This document shows positions 20,786 through 32,759 of a DNA stretch of 64,000 nt, one piece after another. Under the pieces are notes generated by a model. That model saw only the letters and a program-made list of their open reading frames with translations. It did no database searches and had not been told where the DNA came from. Each line of letters begins with the position of its first letter. Position 1 is the first letter of the stretch. A program made the translations under genes and the position numbers. Source of the DNA: Diplonema japonicum (taxonomy: Eukaryota; Protista; Euglenozoa: Diplonemea); assembly GCA_964019335.1 (NCBI GenBank), contig OZ025650.1, positions 496,001-560,000 on the forward strand, read 5' to 3'.

Positions 20786-21832
20786 CTAATCACTTTTCAC
20801 TTTCCTGCTGCGGAACATGACGACGCAACTCAGCAACATAATCACAACCAGCAAAATGGGTAGTGCTATCAACCCCACCAAGATAGTCTTTGTCGTGAAC
20901 GAGGTGCACTGCTGCAGGGAGATAGCTTGCGTTTCAGGAGACCAGGACAACATGCCAGTGTTGCCGCTGTGATCACCTTGGATGGCTTGGAGGGTCCACT
21001 CAGGTGTACGAGGGGCCGTCGGGTGTTGGTAAGTGCAGCCCTCATGGTCGTGGCCCGATAGGACCGCAATGGGTTTGACATTCTCAAGGATCCACTTCGT
21101 CGTGTTCTGGGAGAGTGTTGTTTGAGTGTGCACAAGACTAGAAGTGCGGTCGGTGTAGCGTATCTCAGGCTTGTCCCCAGGGCAGGAGCCCGCAGGCTTC
21201 CATAAAGGAATGTGGGTAAATAACACTATAGGGATATCATTCTTGATAAAGGAATTCAGGAACTTCCAGCTCTCCGTCCTACGAGAGCCATCGAGCTCCA
21301 TCCCATCGCAGCCAACGAGCCAGACCCCGTTCAGCTTCTTGACCCAGTGTCGCTTGTTGAACGTCTTCTCGAACCTGTCGACTGTTTCTTTGTCCATTTC
21401 GCTCCCGTAGCCCACGTCATGATTACCTGCCAATGACACCATGCGCTCTGTTGCGATGCTGAACGAGTCTTCGAAGCGTGCGTGGATGTCGTAGAACTCA
21501 GCGTCGCCGTAGTACTGGAAGGACATGAGGTCACCCAACATGATGGTGAGGTCGAAGGGCCCGTGTATCGCCCACATCACCGTCGTCACGAACTCGTAGT
21601 ACATGTCATTCATTTTGTTGTTCAAGTAATGGTGCACACTGTTCCGACGTGAGCCCACAATCTGCGGATCTGCCACCACCCATATGTAGTAGTCATCGTT
21701 CGTCGGCTCAAACGACTTGCTGCCCTCACTCACCTTGCAGCTGTGCAGTGGGAACAGCGGCACTGCCAAAGCTAAAAACAGCATCAACACCATAATGCAC
21801 CCCGACACCACATTCACGACTGCCTTCAACAT
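20786..21832 (-). CDS. membrane metallophosphoesterase (MPPE1/Cdc1/Ted1-like)
   Basis: ADPQ, LGDL, GNHDVG, THIPL and SGHDH motifs; N- and C-terminal TM segments. Confidence 0.85.
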   Translation of the reverse strand: MLKAVVNVVSGCIMVLMLFLALAVPLFPLHSCKVSEGSKSFEPTNDDYYIWVVADPQIVGSRRNSVHHYLNNKMNDMYYEFVTTVMWAIHGPFDLTIMLGDLMSFQYYGDAEFYDIHARFEDSFSIATERMVSLAGNHDVGYGSEMDKETVDRFEKTFNKRHWVKKLNGVWLVGCDGMELDGSRRTESWKFLNSFIKNDIPIVLFTHIPLWKPAGSCPGDKPEIRYTDRTSSLVHTQTTLSQNTTKWILENVKPIAVLSGHDHEGCTYQHPTAPRTPEWTLQAIQGDHSGNTGMLSWSPETQAISLQQCTSFTTKTILVGLIALPILLVVIMLLSCVVMFRSRKVKSD

Positions 21833-21937
21833 CTTCCTTCCTATGAGGCGATGAGTATTAAGTGTGGGAGTGCAGAATTAACACTAGACTTGTGTTTTTT
21901 TTTAAATTTGTGTAAATTTCACTGCTTTGTTCCGCTC

Positions 21938-22194
21938 TCATTTAGACCACACAGAATTCACTGCTGTTTGATGCCTGTTGGGTGTTGTTTATTTATTAAT
22001 TTCATACGTGAAGCCATCCATGTGGCAGGACCCGTTCCGGTACCCCTGCGCGACAGAGTTCAGCAAACCTGTGCTGCCATCTGTGGTAGTGATTACACGG
22101 CCTTGTCAGGCCTTGTCGGCATACCTAAGTATGACTTCTGAGAACACGTTTTTTTATCATCGCTTCTCTTGAATACTGTCTGCGGCAAGACCAT
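21938..22194 (-). CDS. 59-aa microprotein with two introns (22081-22124, 21975-22007)
   Basis: Two GTATG..ACAG introns of typical size keep one frame from CAG-GAAAATG to TGA. Confidence 0.6.
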
Positions 22195-22277
22195 TTTCCT
22201 GACCTATCGGATCTGAGACGACGCTCGCTATGAACGGATACTAGTAGGCCCCGGAAGGGGTGGGTTTACTTTATTCG

Positions 22278-23505
22278 TCATAGCTGAAAGAGTACATCCA
22301 TTCTGAAGGGTTTGGAACCGCTGAGCTGTGGGACTTGGCTGAACTCAAGCTGGTCGAGTACTTCACGGATGCCATAGAGCTGTGTGCGTGTTTGTGTTAA
22401 CTGGTCAGCATACCAACTCGTTGTATTTGACGACCTTCTTTCTCTCTTCGATCGACTTCACAAGGACAGTGAGGGCGGTAGTGAGGGCACCTCCTGCCCT
22501 CCCGACTATGGCTTGTGCGGGTTGTGCCGAGCTGTGGTACTCAACAGTGTTTGCAGAGCGTTGCTTGGTTTTGTTAGGTGTGATCCATGTTGTGAGCCAG
22601 TCGTTCCCGTCGTCAAGAGACGAGACGAGGTCATTGTCTCTGGAAGAGCAAGGCGGGCGGAACTGCGGGTCCAGCGGCGCAAGGTCGTCGTCATCGTGTG
22701 TCACAAGCGGCGGTTCCTCGAAAACAGAAGTGATTTCCCTCACGTCGGTGGTGTCAGCACTTGTTTCTTCATCGGCACAACCGCTTAACAGCAGAACGTC
22801 AGCGTCGCAAAGCCTGTCTGAGAAATCTTCCATTCCCAACGCCTGCAGGGTGTCTTCGTACATCTCTTCGGCCCCCTGCTCGCTTGGTTTCTTCCGATGC
22901 AGTTTTTCCCAGTTCTTCTTTGTTGGGCACAGCCCATATGGCAGGTCCAGTCCTGTTCCCGAATGGCAGCAATCCATCACGGCAGTCAGCCTGCAGCCAG
23001 CAGGCAGCGGTCGTACAAGGATTTCCCACATGATGTCATCAATAATCTGACCCTGCTTTTTGTAGTCGCAGGGCAGGATGGTCTCGTCTAGTCCGTCCAC
23101 CTCGTCACCTGATGTGTCTTTCACTTGACTCCCGTGTCCAGCAAAGAAGAAGAATAAGCTGTCGCCGGGTTGTGCGCCATAAGCAAGCCATTTCATGCCA
23201 ATTAATATGTTGGCTCTGTTCGCGTGATGCAGTGTCCCAATGTGCTTCTGCTCATCCGTCAGTACTCTGATGTTCTCTTCTTCAAATTTTCGCTCTTTGA
23301 GGAAGTTCAGCATACGCTGCGCATCATTAACACACCCATCGAGCTCGACGCCCCCCTGACCCGCGTAGTTGATTCCGATGAGCAGTGCGCGTCGTCGGGC
23401 ATCACTAGGGATAGGGACAAGGTTCGTAGGTTTCACCATACGGACCTCGCTCCCGTCGGGCAGCCTGCGCCGCGGCGGGTCGCACAATGCAAAAATATTT
23501 CCCAT
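22278..23505 (-). CDS. MCA: metacaspase (C14B); intron 22380-22413
   Basis: ALLIGINY, GCVND, FAGHG and DCCHSG motifs; the spliced C-terminus has QVPQLSGS. Confidence 0.92.
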
Positions 23506-23567
23506 ATTAGGGAGTGTACCTGTGCGTGCGTGCAATGTGATACGGATATATTTCAGAATAACAAAGT

Positions 23568-25100
23568 TTATACGTGAGGCACCCATTCCATGTCGGGGTC
23601 TTTTGGATAGAACGGGCGTGTAACCCTTTCATAATTTGTGTTCGGGAGATCAGCAAAAACAGCACCCGGAGACAGCATCATGAGGTTGGAAGCAGCAAAT
23701 TTCTCTAAGTCGGGGACAAGGTAGCCTAGTTTGATGACAACGACAGCAAAGTCGCTGAGCTTCAACTGCAACTGAGCGAAGTCGGCGTCGTAGTGCAGAG
23801 GCTTCCTCTTCGAGGCGACAACCACAGTTACGTTGTTATATGTCAGCAGCACATAAGGAGGCATTGTTGTAGTGTACTCAGCACCCTCGTACACGAAAGG
23901 GTAGCTTACCTCCTCACGGTGGATTGCCGCTACTTGGAAGGTCGCCGTGAACGGCTGGGAATTCTTGTTGTCAAGTTTCCCACCCAGGGACAAGCTGACC
24001 TTATCTCCTATACTGTGTTTTTCGATGCACATCATCACCGCAGCATGGTCCACAGGTCCTTGGACAAGATACTTCTCGGAGGGGTCGCGTTCCACAATGG
24101 CCTTCAAAACATCTGTTGCATCTCCAACACCGCCGGCTGTGGGGTTATCACCCGAGTCACTGATAACCAAAGGTTTAGACACCGTGGGCACCATGTCAAG
24201 TACTTCCTTAATAGTGCCGGCGGGCACACCAAAGCGGAACTCACTTCTTGCATTCCAGATAGCACTTGCAATCCTCAAGGCCTCTCTTTCCCCTGTCTCG
24301 GCATCTGTGGATGTCACAAGCACGGAGGTGCCGCTTCTGGGCTCATCTGCCCAACAATAGCCTACCAAGATCGAGGCGTCGACTATAGACGGCAAGGCAT
24401 CGGCCTCATGCAGCACAGAGGTGTAAAGTGTCTTGCTCGGTTCGTCTGCAGTGTTGGACATTTCACCACTGATGACAAGGGGTACTTTTACATATGTGAG
24501 CACAGGGCGCACCTTGTTCCTCAGTGACGTGACCAACAGGTTAATAGCACGGATTCTAGTCTCCACGACATCCACGTGAGGCGCTGTACGGTAGGCTGTG
24601 CAGATGTCTACATTTTCCGCCAGCTGTCTGCTGAAGTTCCCATGAAGGTCGAAACTGGCACACACCAGGATGTCCTTTCCCAATATGTCCCGCACCATAG
24701 TGGAGATGTGCCCCTCGCAGTCATCGATCCCCTCCGCGTTCATAGCACCATGGAAGTCCAGCCACACAGCATCTATGCCGCTTGACGCCTGAGCCTTCAA
24801 CCCCTGTTCAGTGTCATCCCATATTTTCTGAAAAGCACCTTTTGCTATGACCCCGCCTGGCATGGCACGGTACCTCGATATGAAAACGAACTCCACGTCG
24901 TCGAAACCCCTCTCCAGCGGCGGGATGGAGCCCGTCAGGTCTAATCTCGTCCCCTTCTCAACGTTGGTCAGTTTTTCGTAGATTTTCGCAATCTCTGCGC
25001 TTCCGCTACTAGTGCTGAAGTCTTCCAACTGTGTTTGAAGGGGTGAAAACGTAGCGTTCTCACAACCGACACCTACCACAGCAATCTTGAAACGTGTCAT
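23568..25100 (-). CDS. MlrC-like M81 metallopeptidase
   Basis: E.ATFSP, DFHGAM, DLHGN, YRTAPHVD and DSGDNPTAGG motifs; intronless. Confidence 0.88.
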   Translation of the reverse strand: MTRFKIAVVGVGCENATFSPLQTQLEDFSTSSGSAEIAKIYEKLTNVEKGTRLDLTGSIPPLERGFDDVEFVFISRYRAMPGGVIAKGAFQKIWDDTEQGLKAQASSGIDAVWLDFHGAMNAEGIDDCEGHISTMVRDILGKDILVCASFDLHGNFSRQLAENVDICTAYRTAPHVDVVETRIRAINLLVTSLRNKVRPVLTYVKVPLVISGEMSNTADEPSKTLYTSVLHEADALPSIVDASILVGYCWADEPRSGTSVLVTSTDAETGEREALRIASAIWNARSEFRFGVPAGTIKEVLDMVPTVSKPLVISDSGDNPTAGGVGDATDVLKAIVERDPSEKYLVQGPVDHAAVMMCIEKHSIGDKVSLSLGGKLDNKNSQPFTATFQVAAIHREEVSYPFVYEGAEYTTTMPPYVLLTYNNVTVVVASKRKPLHYDADFAQLQLKLSDFAVVVIKLGYLVPDLEKFAASNLMMLSPGAVFADLPNTNYERVTRPFYPKDPDMEWVPHV

Positions 25101-25192
25101 TTTCTGGAAAACATAAAGATCCAGTGACCAATGCTATAAAGAATACAATGTGAGCTGCAAGAGACGTGTTAAGAGTCTAGCAGTGTCCAATG

Positions 25193-27253
25193 CTAGGAGG
25201 AAGAAGAACTGTAAGTGTCACCGTCTTCGGATCTGGAGCTAGAGGTGTCGAGGCTGAATACTTCTGTGACGTCATTTTCGGTCTTATCGACGACACTGCC
25301 TTGCGTCTCGGCATGGAACATAATAGAGGTAGTGTCCGAGTGCGTTTCTAACCCTTCCTGGGAAGAGAAGCTCCTCCTCGGAGATGCGGACCTCGACCTT
25401 GAGTACGCAGGCGAGATACTATTGCTGCGAGACGGTCCTGCATCCTGCTGCGCGTCGACGGACGCACGTGGGGGGAGCGGTGGCTGTGTTACGCTCTCAC
25501 GGTGCACGGGGATGGGTGGAGACGGAAGGTCGGGGGGTGCAACACTCTCCACATCCATGGGCAGAGTGTCATCCGCAAAAGTATTGACTATTGCCTTCGG
25601 GGACTCTGTCTTCGGAGATTCTACAGGATCGGGAACTGGATCTATGGTTTCTAATTCTACTTTTGACGGTGCTGTGTGTATCACCTCAGGTTTGTCGGAT
25701 CCCTCGGAGGGGGGGCTCCTCGTTACTCTGTGTCTCCCGTTGTCGGAGAATTGCGGCGTGATGGCCTTTCTCTCGACTTCAATGGACTGAGGTGTGTTAG
25801 CCCCACGACCAACAGACTGAGGGGAGCCTGTCCTCCTCTGCCCGCTGCTAACACTCCTACTGCGTACTTGTGATCGTACCTCGTAGTTCTTGGTTATTGG
25901 GACCGACGTCCGCGACACAGGGTGGAGGACCTTGTTGCCACGCTCGTCTTCGAAGTAAGCACGAAGAGAGGGTGGCGGCACCCATCTAAAGGAGTGGTCG
26001 ACAGCGGGAGCGTCGCGCGCCAAAGCGGTGTATTTACTGGGCCCGTTGTCGAGGATGTGAAGAGGAGGCGTTGCACCTTTGACTGTGGCACAAAAGGGAA
26101 CTGCTGATCGAAGTGCTGGGGGCGAGTGAGAGGTCCATCTGATGCGAGGCTTGGACTTCACTGCCCATGGCTTGTACTTGTCAGGTGTCCCCGACCGCGA
26201 TGCAGACCATTTGTCATCGTTGTACTCAAGGCGCGGAGTTTTTTGCTTTATTTCAAAGGCTTGCTGAGCTGCTTCCATCGTGCCCAATCTTATCTTGAGC
26301 TCCACCAGCTCCTTGGAGCCTTCAGTCAGAGCTTGCCGTGCGTCGGTATGGGCCTTCTTCTTCAGGAGGTACCGTTCCTTGAGCTCTTTGAATCTGCGGA
26401 GCTGGTACTGTTGTCCCTGTTGTGCCTCTTCCACTGCCTTTTTCAGGAGATCCTCCTTTTGTCGGTGCTCGGATATGAGGAGCTCTCGTTTCTGTGCTTC
26501 GAGCGTCTTCTGGACTTCGAAGTCTTTATCCCGTGACGTCAGCAGTTTTTGCGATGTGCTGATTTCCAGCCGTAGCCGCTCGATCTCGCTGCTGTGCTCG
26601 TCGTTCTGCTGTCGTGTTTGTCTGAGGTCCCCCATCAAAGTGGCCTCTTGCTTCCGCATGTCGGCGATCAGGTCATCCTTGTCCCTGCCATTCAACATGA
26701 GCTTTTCCTCAGCAGCCCGTCGCTTTTCCCGTTCTTCTTCTAGGGTTTGCTCCAAGTTCTTTATCTCCTGCCGTCTCTTCCTCCCAATCTCCTCCTGGGT
26801 TTTCTGCACAGATTGCTCCATGTCACCCCATTGCTGCATAGCGGTATAGTACTCCTGTTGTTCGAGTTTATGTGCACAAAATACTGTACCTGTTTCAACT
26901 TCTCGGTAAGTGCAGCCCAGTTCTTATTTTTTTCGTCGGCTTCAGCAAGCTTTGTTTGTAACGCTTCGACTTCTGCTTTGGTAGAGAAGTTAGACACAGG
27001 CTGTGCGTGATGTGGTTATAGCTCGTTGTGTGCATACCGTTCTAGAGGGTCTGCTGGTGAGACTCGCATTGCGTGAATCCGACGTAGTTCTGCTGCTGCT
27101 CCTCCTGGGCAGGCTTGCTGTTCGTGTTGACTTCCTGGTCTTGCTGCTAGACTTGGGCGGTAGCTGTATTTTTTTTTTCCCGCCCTCCCCTCCTGCATAC
27201 TTTACTGTCGGAACATTTTGACCCCTTTCGCGATATGGTCCCCTCTTCTTCAT
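25193..27253 (-). CDS. coiled-coil protein with Ser/Pro-rich tail; introns 27164-27205, 27001-27037, 26855-26889
   Basis: Three phase-0 short introns link ORFs 26990-27298, 26761-26997 and 25193-26839. Confidence 0.75.
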
Positions 27254-27525
27254 CCTCCTGAGAGACCCGCCTTCCCCTTGTCGGAAGGCCACCCCCAATA
27301 CTCATGTTGTTACTTTTTTTGTTTAAAATGTATATTCCCACGTTTCTTTTATTGCGTGATGGAAGACGGGGAAGAGGGAAGGGGGGGGGGGGGGGTTATT
27401 AGTTTACAAAACGCCGAAGGGGATGGGGGGGGAAGGGATGCCCTATTTATGAGTTTGAGTTTTAAAAAAGTGGGGGGGGGGGAAAAAGCGATGAATGAAA
27501 GGAAAAGACAAACTATTCAGTTAAT

Positions 27526-28038
27526 TTAGTCGTCGGAAGGAATAGAAGGACACCAGTAGTTAGAGTGGGCGGAGAGTCTGGAAGTGGCAACTATTTGGCC
27601 GCAGAGAGTGCACACACGGGAATCCCCTGATGCGACGCTTTGTTTTAAGGCCTTGGACACGTCGGTATATGTCTCCGAAAGAATGGTGTCCTCACCTGAC
27701 ACAGCCGTTTTGAGGATTTCTTTGTCGGTTTTGTTTTCAGGACGCTTCTTCTCTTCCGATACGTGTGCCTTGGCCTTCTCCAGTACGCCCATGACGGCCT
27801 CTTCCCCGTATTTCTCTTTGATAGCAGAGATAATGCACCCTAATGCTTCGTCGCCGTCACCCTTTGAGATCTTCTTCCTCGCCTCTTCCAAGAGGACGTT
27901 CCCAGACCGCTCTTCCTTTCCTTGCATCTTCCTCGTTTGTTCCCTCTTCTGTTTACCAGCAACCGCCAACAATACAATAACACCAAGCACCCCTATCACT
28001 ACCGACACAGCTGTGACAACTACAGCGTCACTTTGCAT
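27526..28038 (-). CDS. N-terminal TM protein with C-terminal C2HC zinc finger
   Basis: Hydrophobic N-terminus; CTLC...H...WC. Confidence 0.75.
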   Translation of the reverse strand: MQSDAVVVTAVSVVIGVLGVIVLLAVAGKQKREQTRKMQGKEERSGNVLLEEARKKISKGDGDEALGCIISAIKEKYGEEAVMGVLEKAKAHVSEEKKRPENKTDKEILKTAVSGEDTILSETYTDVSKALKQSVASGDSRVCTLCGQIVATSRLSAHSNYWCPSIPSDD

Positions 28039-28556
28039 CAACCGTGTGGCTAGAGAATATACAGGGATATGTAATAAAATAGAAAATTTGAGAAAGACTT
28101 CTTTTTTTTTTTTTTTGAGACCAAAAGCCTACATCCGCTTTTCTTTTGAACTTTTAGTATTTTTTTTTTCTCTCGTTTCTTTTTTCCTACAGATGAGAAT
28201 GGCTTTTGACCTGTGGACAAAAAAAAATCATATTTTCTTGCGGTGGTTCCCCCCCTTTTTTTTTCATTTTCTGTTTTCTTCTTTCACTGGAGAAAAAGAG
28301 GGCGGGGTGGTGGATCAGAAAACAAAGCACTATGGGGGAAGCAGTTTTGGCCCCAAAAATAAAAACGTATGGTGCAGAGCATTTTAGCAACGTGGACCAT
28401 TGAACGCGTTGTGAAGAAACGCTGGAAAGAAACATAAAAAGGAAACACAAACACGCACCCTTTTCAATTATCATTTTTCTCGTTGTGAATTGAAGAAACA
28501 TACAAAAAAAAAGTTACGTTTTTTTTATTTATTTTTCTTCGTTTGTTGTCGGCTCC

Positions 28557-29414
28557 TCACTTAACGTTGGGGTTGGGTTTCGAAGACTGGCAGATGAAGA
28601 GCCTGCAGTCGGCAGACCGAGAAGCAATGGCAGTGATGGCAGTGAGAACAGCGCAGCCATCGGTGGCAAGGTCTGTCGTAGTGTTTGTCTTCTCATCGCA
28701 AACAGAAGAGGTGCCTGCCACCTGCCAAACGAATGTCTCTTTGGTAGGGTCGCCTTCAAAAGATCCTTCAGGGCCATAGACAGTGACCTTGAATTCGTTG
28801 GTGAACAGTGGGACAGGGCCCTTTTCGAATTTCTCAGCATTAGAGCTCAGCCAGCCTTGAAGAGAGAAAGGTGCAGAGAGCTCTGTAGTGGTGTCAAGTT
28901 CGAGTTGTGGGGGGCCGATGTCCTTTGAAGGGACTCTTGTTGTGTGCTCCTCAGACGCGAAGTACTCTTTAATGACAGGCACCAACTGGGTTCCCAGGTC
29001 TGTGCAGTGGAACCACCTCTCGAACAGCACGGTCTCGTTGGAGTCATCGACGAACCACCGGACTCCATCTGTCTCGCTCTCAAGCCTCTCTCTTTCAATC
29101 ACCAGCCCAACACTCCCTACATTCGGTCTCTGCGGGGAATGCGGTACACCACCCGGCAGCATGAATATCTCTCCTTCCTTAATTGGCACGTCCTTTGGTT
29201 TTCCCTTCTCCATCACCTTCAACACCATGTCCCCCTTTACCATCAAGAACAACTCCTCCCCTCCGTTCATGTGGTAGTCTTTCCTCACATTTGGACCACC
29301 TACAAACATCACTTTGTGCTGATGCCCAATCCCATACATCATCTTGTTGCACACAGGAGGTGAGAACGACGCCTCGTTATCGGCAACCCACTTCTTCATG
29401 CTTTCCACGCCCAT
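28557..29414 (-). CDS. HAAO: 3-hydroxyanthranilate 3,4-dioxygenase
   Basis: PPVCNK, VGGPNVRKDYH, PHSPQR and DLGTQL motifs. Confidence 0.93.
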   Translation of the reverse strand: MGVESMKKWVADNEASFSPPVCNKMMYGIGHQHKVMFVGGPNVRKDYHMNGGEELFLMVKGDMVLKVMEKGKPKDVPIKEGEIFMLPGGVPHSPQRPNVGSVGLVIERERLESETDGVRWFVDDSNETVLFERWFHCTDLGTQLVPVIKEYFASEEHTTRVPSKDIGPPQLELDTTTELSAPFSLQGWLSSNAEKFEKGPVPLFTNEFKVTVYGPEGSFEGDPTKETFVWQVAGTSSVCDEKTNTTTDLATDGCAVLTAITAIASRSADCRLFICQSSKPNPNVK

Positions 29415-29585
29415 CTTGTCCTGACAAATTGAGGTCAGAAGGAGGTTGTAATTGTGTTACTACAATAACTTAATAAGGTAGCGAGTCGGTATACAGGGTA
29501 GGCAGGGGCAGGGTAGAGCGGGGGATACAGCAACATAAAAATTGAAAACGTACGAAGTAAAGTAAGTGAAGGTCGAGTGTTGTGG

Positions 29586-32190
29586 CTATTTGGAGCCCTT
29601 TTCCTTTTTAACCGCTGGTCTTGCTGTTACTTCCTGCAGCACAACATCGAAGTAGACGTCAGAGGGATGCGTCACGCCATCGATAACAACAGCGTCCAGC
29701 TTAAAGCCTGCCTTCTGGAGGCGCTCGGTGTATTCCTTCTGCGCAGTTGTCACGTTCTCCTGCACAACCACCGCCATGCTGTTTCGCACCGCCTTTGTTG
29801 TCTTGTGATAGCAGTAATGCTGTGATGTGTGTTAGTTCCAAGAAGTGCGGCATACCTTGCCGGCCTTCTCCGCGTTGGCCCATATCTTCCTCTTCAGCAG
29901 GTCTGCAGCGATGGCCTCTGCATCGACGAGATCCGTGTCGAGGATGCTTGCACAGACTTCACCCCGGTATGTCTCGTAGGTGAGGACACCCTTGCTCTTG
30001 TCCCAGTATTCCCCCCAGTTCTCCGTATTACGTAGTTTTATCTTGCTAAACTCCTCAGGTTTCTCCACTGGGACTTCCACAGCTGCGGGCGTCACTGGCT
30101 GAGGTTGCCGAACAGCAAGTGTCGCCACTGGTGGGGTTGCGGCTTCGGCAACAGGAGACAAGGTTGGTGTGGGCACCGTCGTTGCGTGAGCCACAGGAGC
30201 AGCAGTAACGAACTCTTCCTGAGCATGTTCATGTTCTGGGATGCTCTTCTTTACATCTTCTTCTTCTATGTCTTTAAAGAGATCCACGCTAACGAGCTCA
30301 GGTTGCCTATCCGGCGTATCTGCTTCCTGTACAGAAAACGCTGGTTGGGCGACTTCCGGCGACTGAGGAGGCTGCTTTCTCATAGAAACGGGCGAAGGTG
30401 AGACTGTACTGGGGAGCTGCGTCGACGGAGTGTTCTGGCGCTCGAGTGTCTGCGTGTGACTTTCTTGTTGTACAATTGACTACCTACCTTAAAAAGAGGA
30501 GGCGAACCTGCGTTGGGGCTTGCCGGAGCGTGCCTTGACAGTGGGCGTGCTGTGGTTATTTCTAACGGTCTTGGCTAATACCTGGTGGGGTGCTGCGCTG
30601 CGGTTCCGACACACTGCCACACCTCTCCTCAGACCTCCTGGGGACATCAGCCTGTTGAGTTTTCCACGCCTAGCTGCACTAGATGCATACCTTATACGAT
30701 GGGGGTGGGCTGTCGAGTGTCTCTCTCGCCTGCTTCGCAATTGTTTGCACTGGTGCTGCAAGTGCAGGAGACGCAGACACTACTGCCGGTGACGACACGG
30801 AAGAAGGGATTGACGAGATAGGTGCCCTCACAGGGCTTGGAGACGATCTGTTAATAGGCTCTGGGGACGAAATGGGAGCGATCTGCTTGCGAGTGTATGT
30901 GTCGCTTGCAGCAGCGACTGGCGGTGAGATGTTGGGAGGGGATGTGGCAACTGGCTTGAAGCCCAGCTGCTCAGGTGACAGGATTGCAGGGGGGAGGCTT
31001 CTAATGTTTGATGACATTGCATCCACGTTGGGGGACAGGCTTCTCAGGTGATTGGGGGACACTGAAGCAGGTGGTGGGATGCTACCAATGGGTGGCGGCC
31101 GCACCTGACGGGGCGACGTCGGTGGTGAGTCCAAACCAATGCGCAAGCGACGCTGGCTTGGAGATTCTGCCTTCGGCGACACAGGAGGTGATTGTCTTGG
31201 AGACTTCAGGGTGTAACTACGTGTCGCAGCAGGGGGCACCTTCGGAGGTGAGTAGTTCCTTCCCAAAAGAGGGCGCTCACATGACCTCGATCGCAGACGC
31301 TCCATCTCCAACAACTTTGTCAACTCTTTCGCCTTTTGGTTTGTTTCCGCGAGTTGTCTTTCCAGCTCAGCTTCTTTGTTGCCCATGGAAGGGGCCCGCC
31401 TGCTGAACGTTGGTGACGATGCCGTGGGGAGCGTGGAGGGTGGCGGTGCCTGGATTTGTGCTGCGGCAACAACAGGAACTGGTGAGGCTGACATGTCTTT
31501 TGCTGCTACCTCTGCCTCTGTTCGCAGCCTCCGCACCCCATCTTCGTCGATAAGCCACCAACTACCCATCAGCACAGTGCTGTCGCCATCGTATTTAGAC
31601 TCGAGTCGTGCGTTCTTCCCCGTCACGACGTCTATCACATCAAGGCCTCCCTTGAGCTTCACTGGGGCCGTCATGGTGATCTTGGCAACACCCTTCGACC
31701 CGTTGTAGCTGTTGATGTAGGTTCCGATGAAAGTGGAGGGCGAGACCTTCTCGACATGGATGCAGCTTATGGCGCCGATGGCCCAGTGTAGGTTGAAAGA
31801 TGCTCTTGGGTGCTTATAGCTGCCGCTCAGTGTGAAGTGTTGATTACTGACTACAGCGGTGCCCGTTAGCTCACCCGAACGGATGTTGTGGTTGATGTGC
31901 AAAGGATACTTCACGGGCTCCATGCTGCCGTCCTCACGGGACTCTAAATGCCACACTCCACAGATGTCTGTAAACGGTGTCTCAAGGGGGTTCCCGTCTT
32001 TGGGTGGAGATCGTGATCCTGTCCTCACAGGCGATACGTACTGTTTCTCTGCTAGCGTTTTCTTAATCTCTTCCTTTAACCATTGCGTTTGCCCTGTCAA
32101 AGGGTTTCCTTCGCTAAGATTCTCTTGCCTCTCTTGCACTTCAGCTAGCCTCGTGTTCAAGGAGACAGGTGGACTCATAGACTTTTGCAT
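29586..32190 (-). CDS. Pro/Ser-rich hypothetical protein; introns 30652-30690, 30550-30581, 30450-30487, 29820-29855
   Basis: Four short introns join ORFs 30679-32190, 29832-30383 and 29586-29789 into one frame. Confidence 0.75.
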
Positions 32191-32535
32191 CTTCCTTCCC
32201 TACCTGTGATGATGTGTGATGAAAGAAGTGTGATGGCCAGTGTGACAGAATACTAAGAACGAACAACTACGACCCAGATTAGGTGGAAAAAAAATAAGAG
32301 AAATTTTCTTTAAAAAGGGACTGGAAATGAAACAGGTTTGCCAAAAATATAAGAAGAAATTGAACCGATTTTACAAAGTATCTACTTATCTAGGGGTCGA
32401 GCTAGGTAGCCGTCAAAGGCCACTCTTCCTTTTTTTTTCTCTTTTTTCTTTGTAAGATGAGTTGAGTTTCAGACAAAACCGAATACCCTCTTTTTTTTTT
32501 TTTTACTTCACATTTTTTTTTTAACTGTTACTTGG

Positions 32536-32567
<32 letters not shown>

Positions 32568-32759
32568 GGTTAACCGTTTCGTGAGTTTCTTCTTTTCATT
32601 GACAAAGCACTGCAGTTTATGTATCTCATCATTTCTTTTTTTTCATTTCTTTACTGTTTGTAACCCGGTGTGCACCGGTCTATAGGCACATCCTAAGATG
32701 CACGGCAAGCTGTGGGGTGGCACAAATAAAACACGGAATGTTCTACATGTACACCGCCT

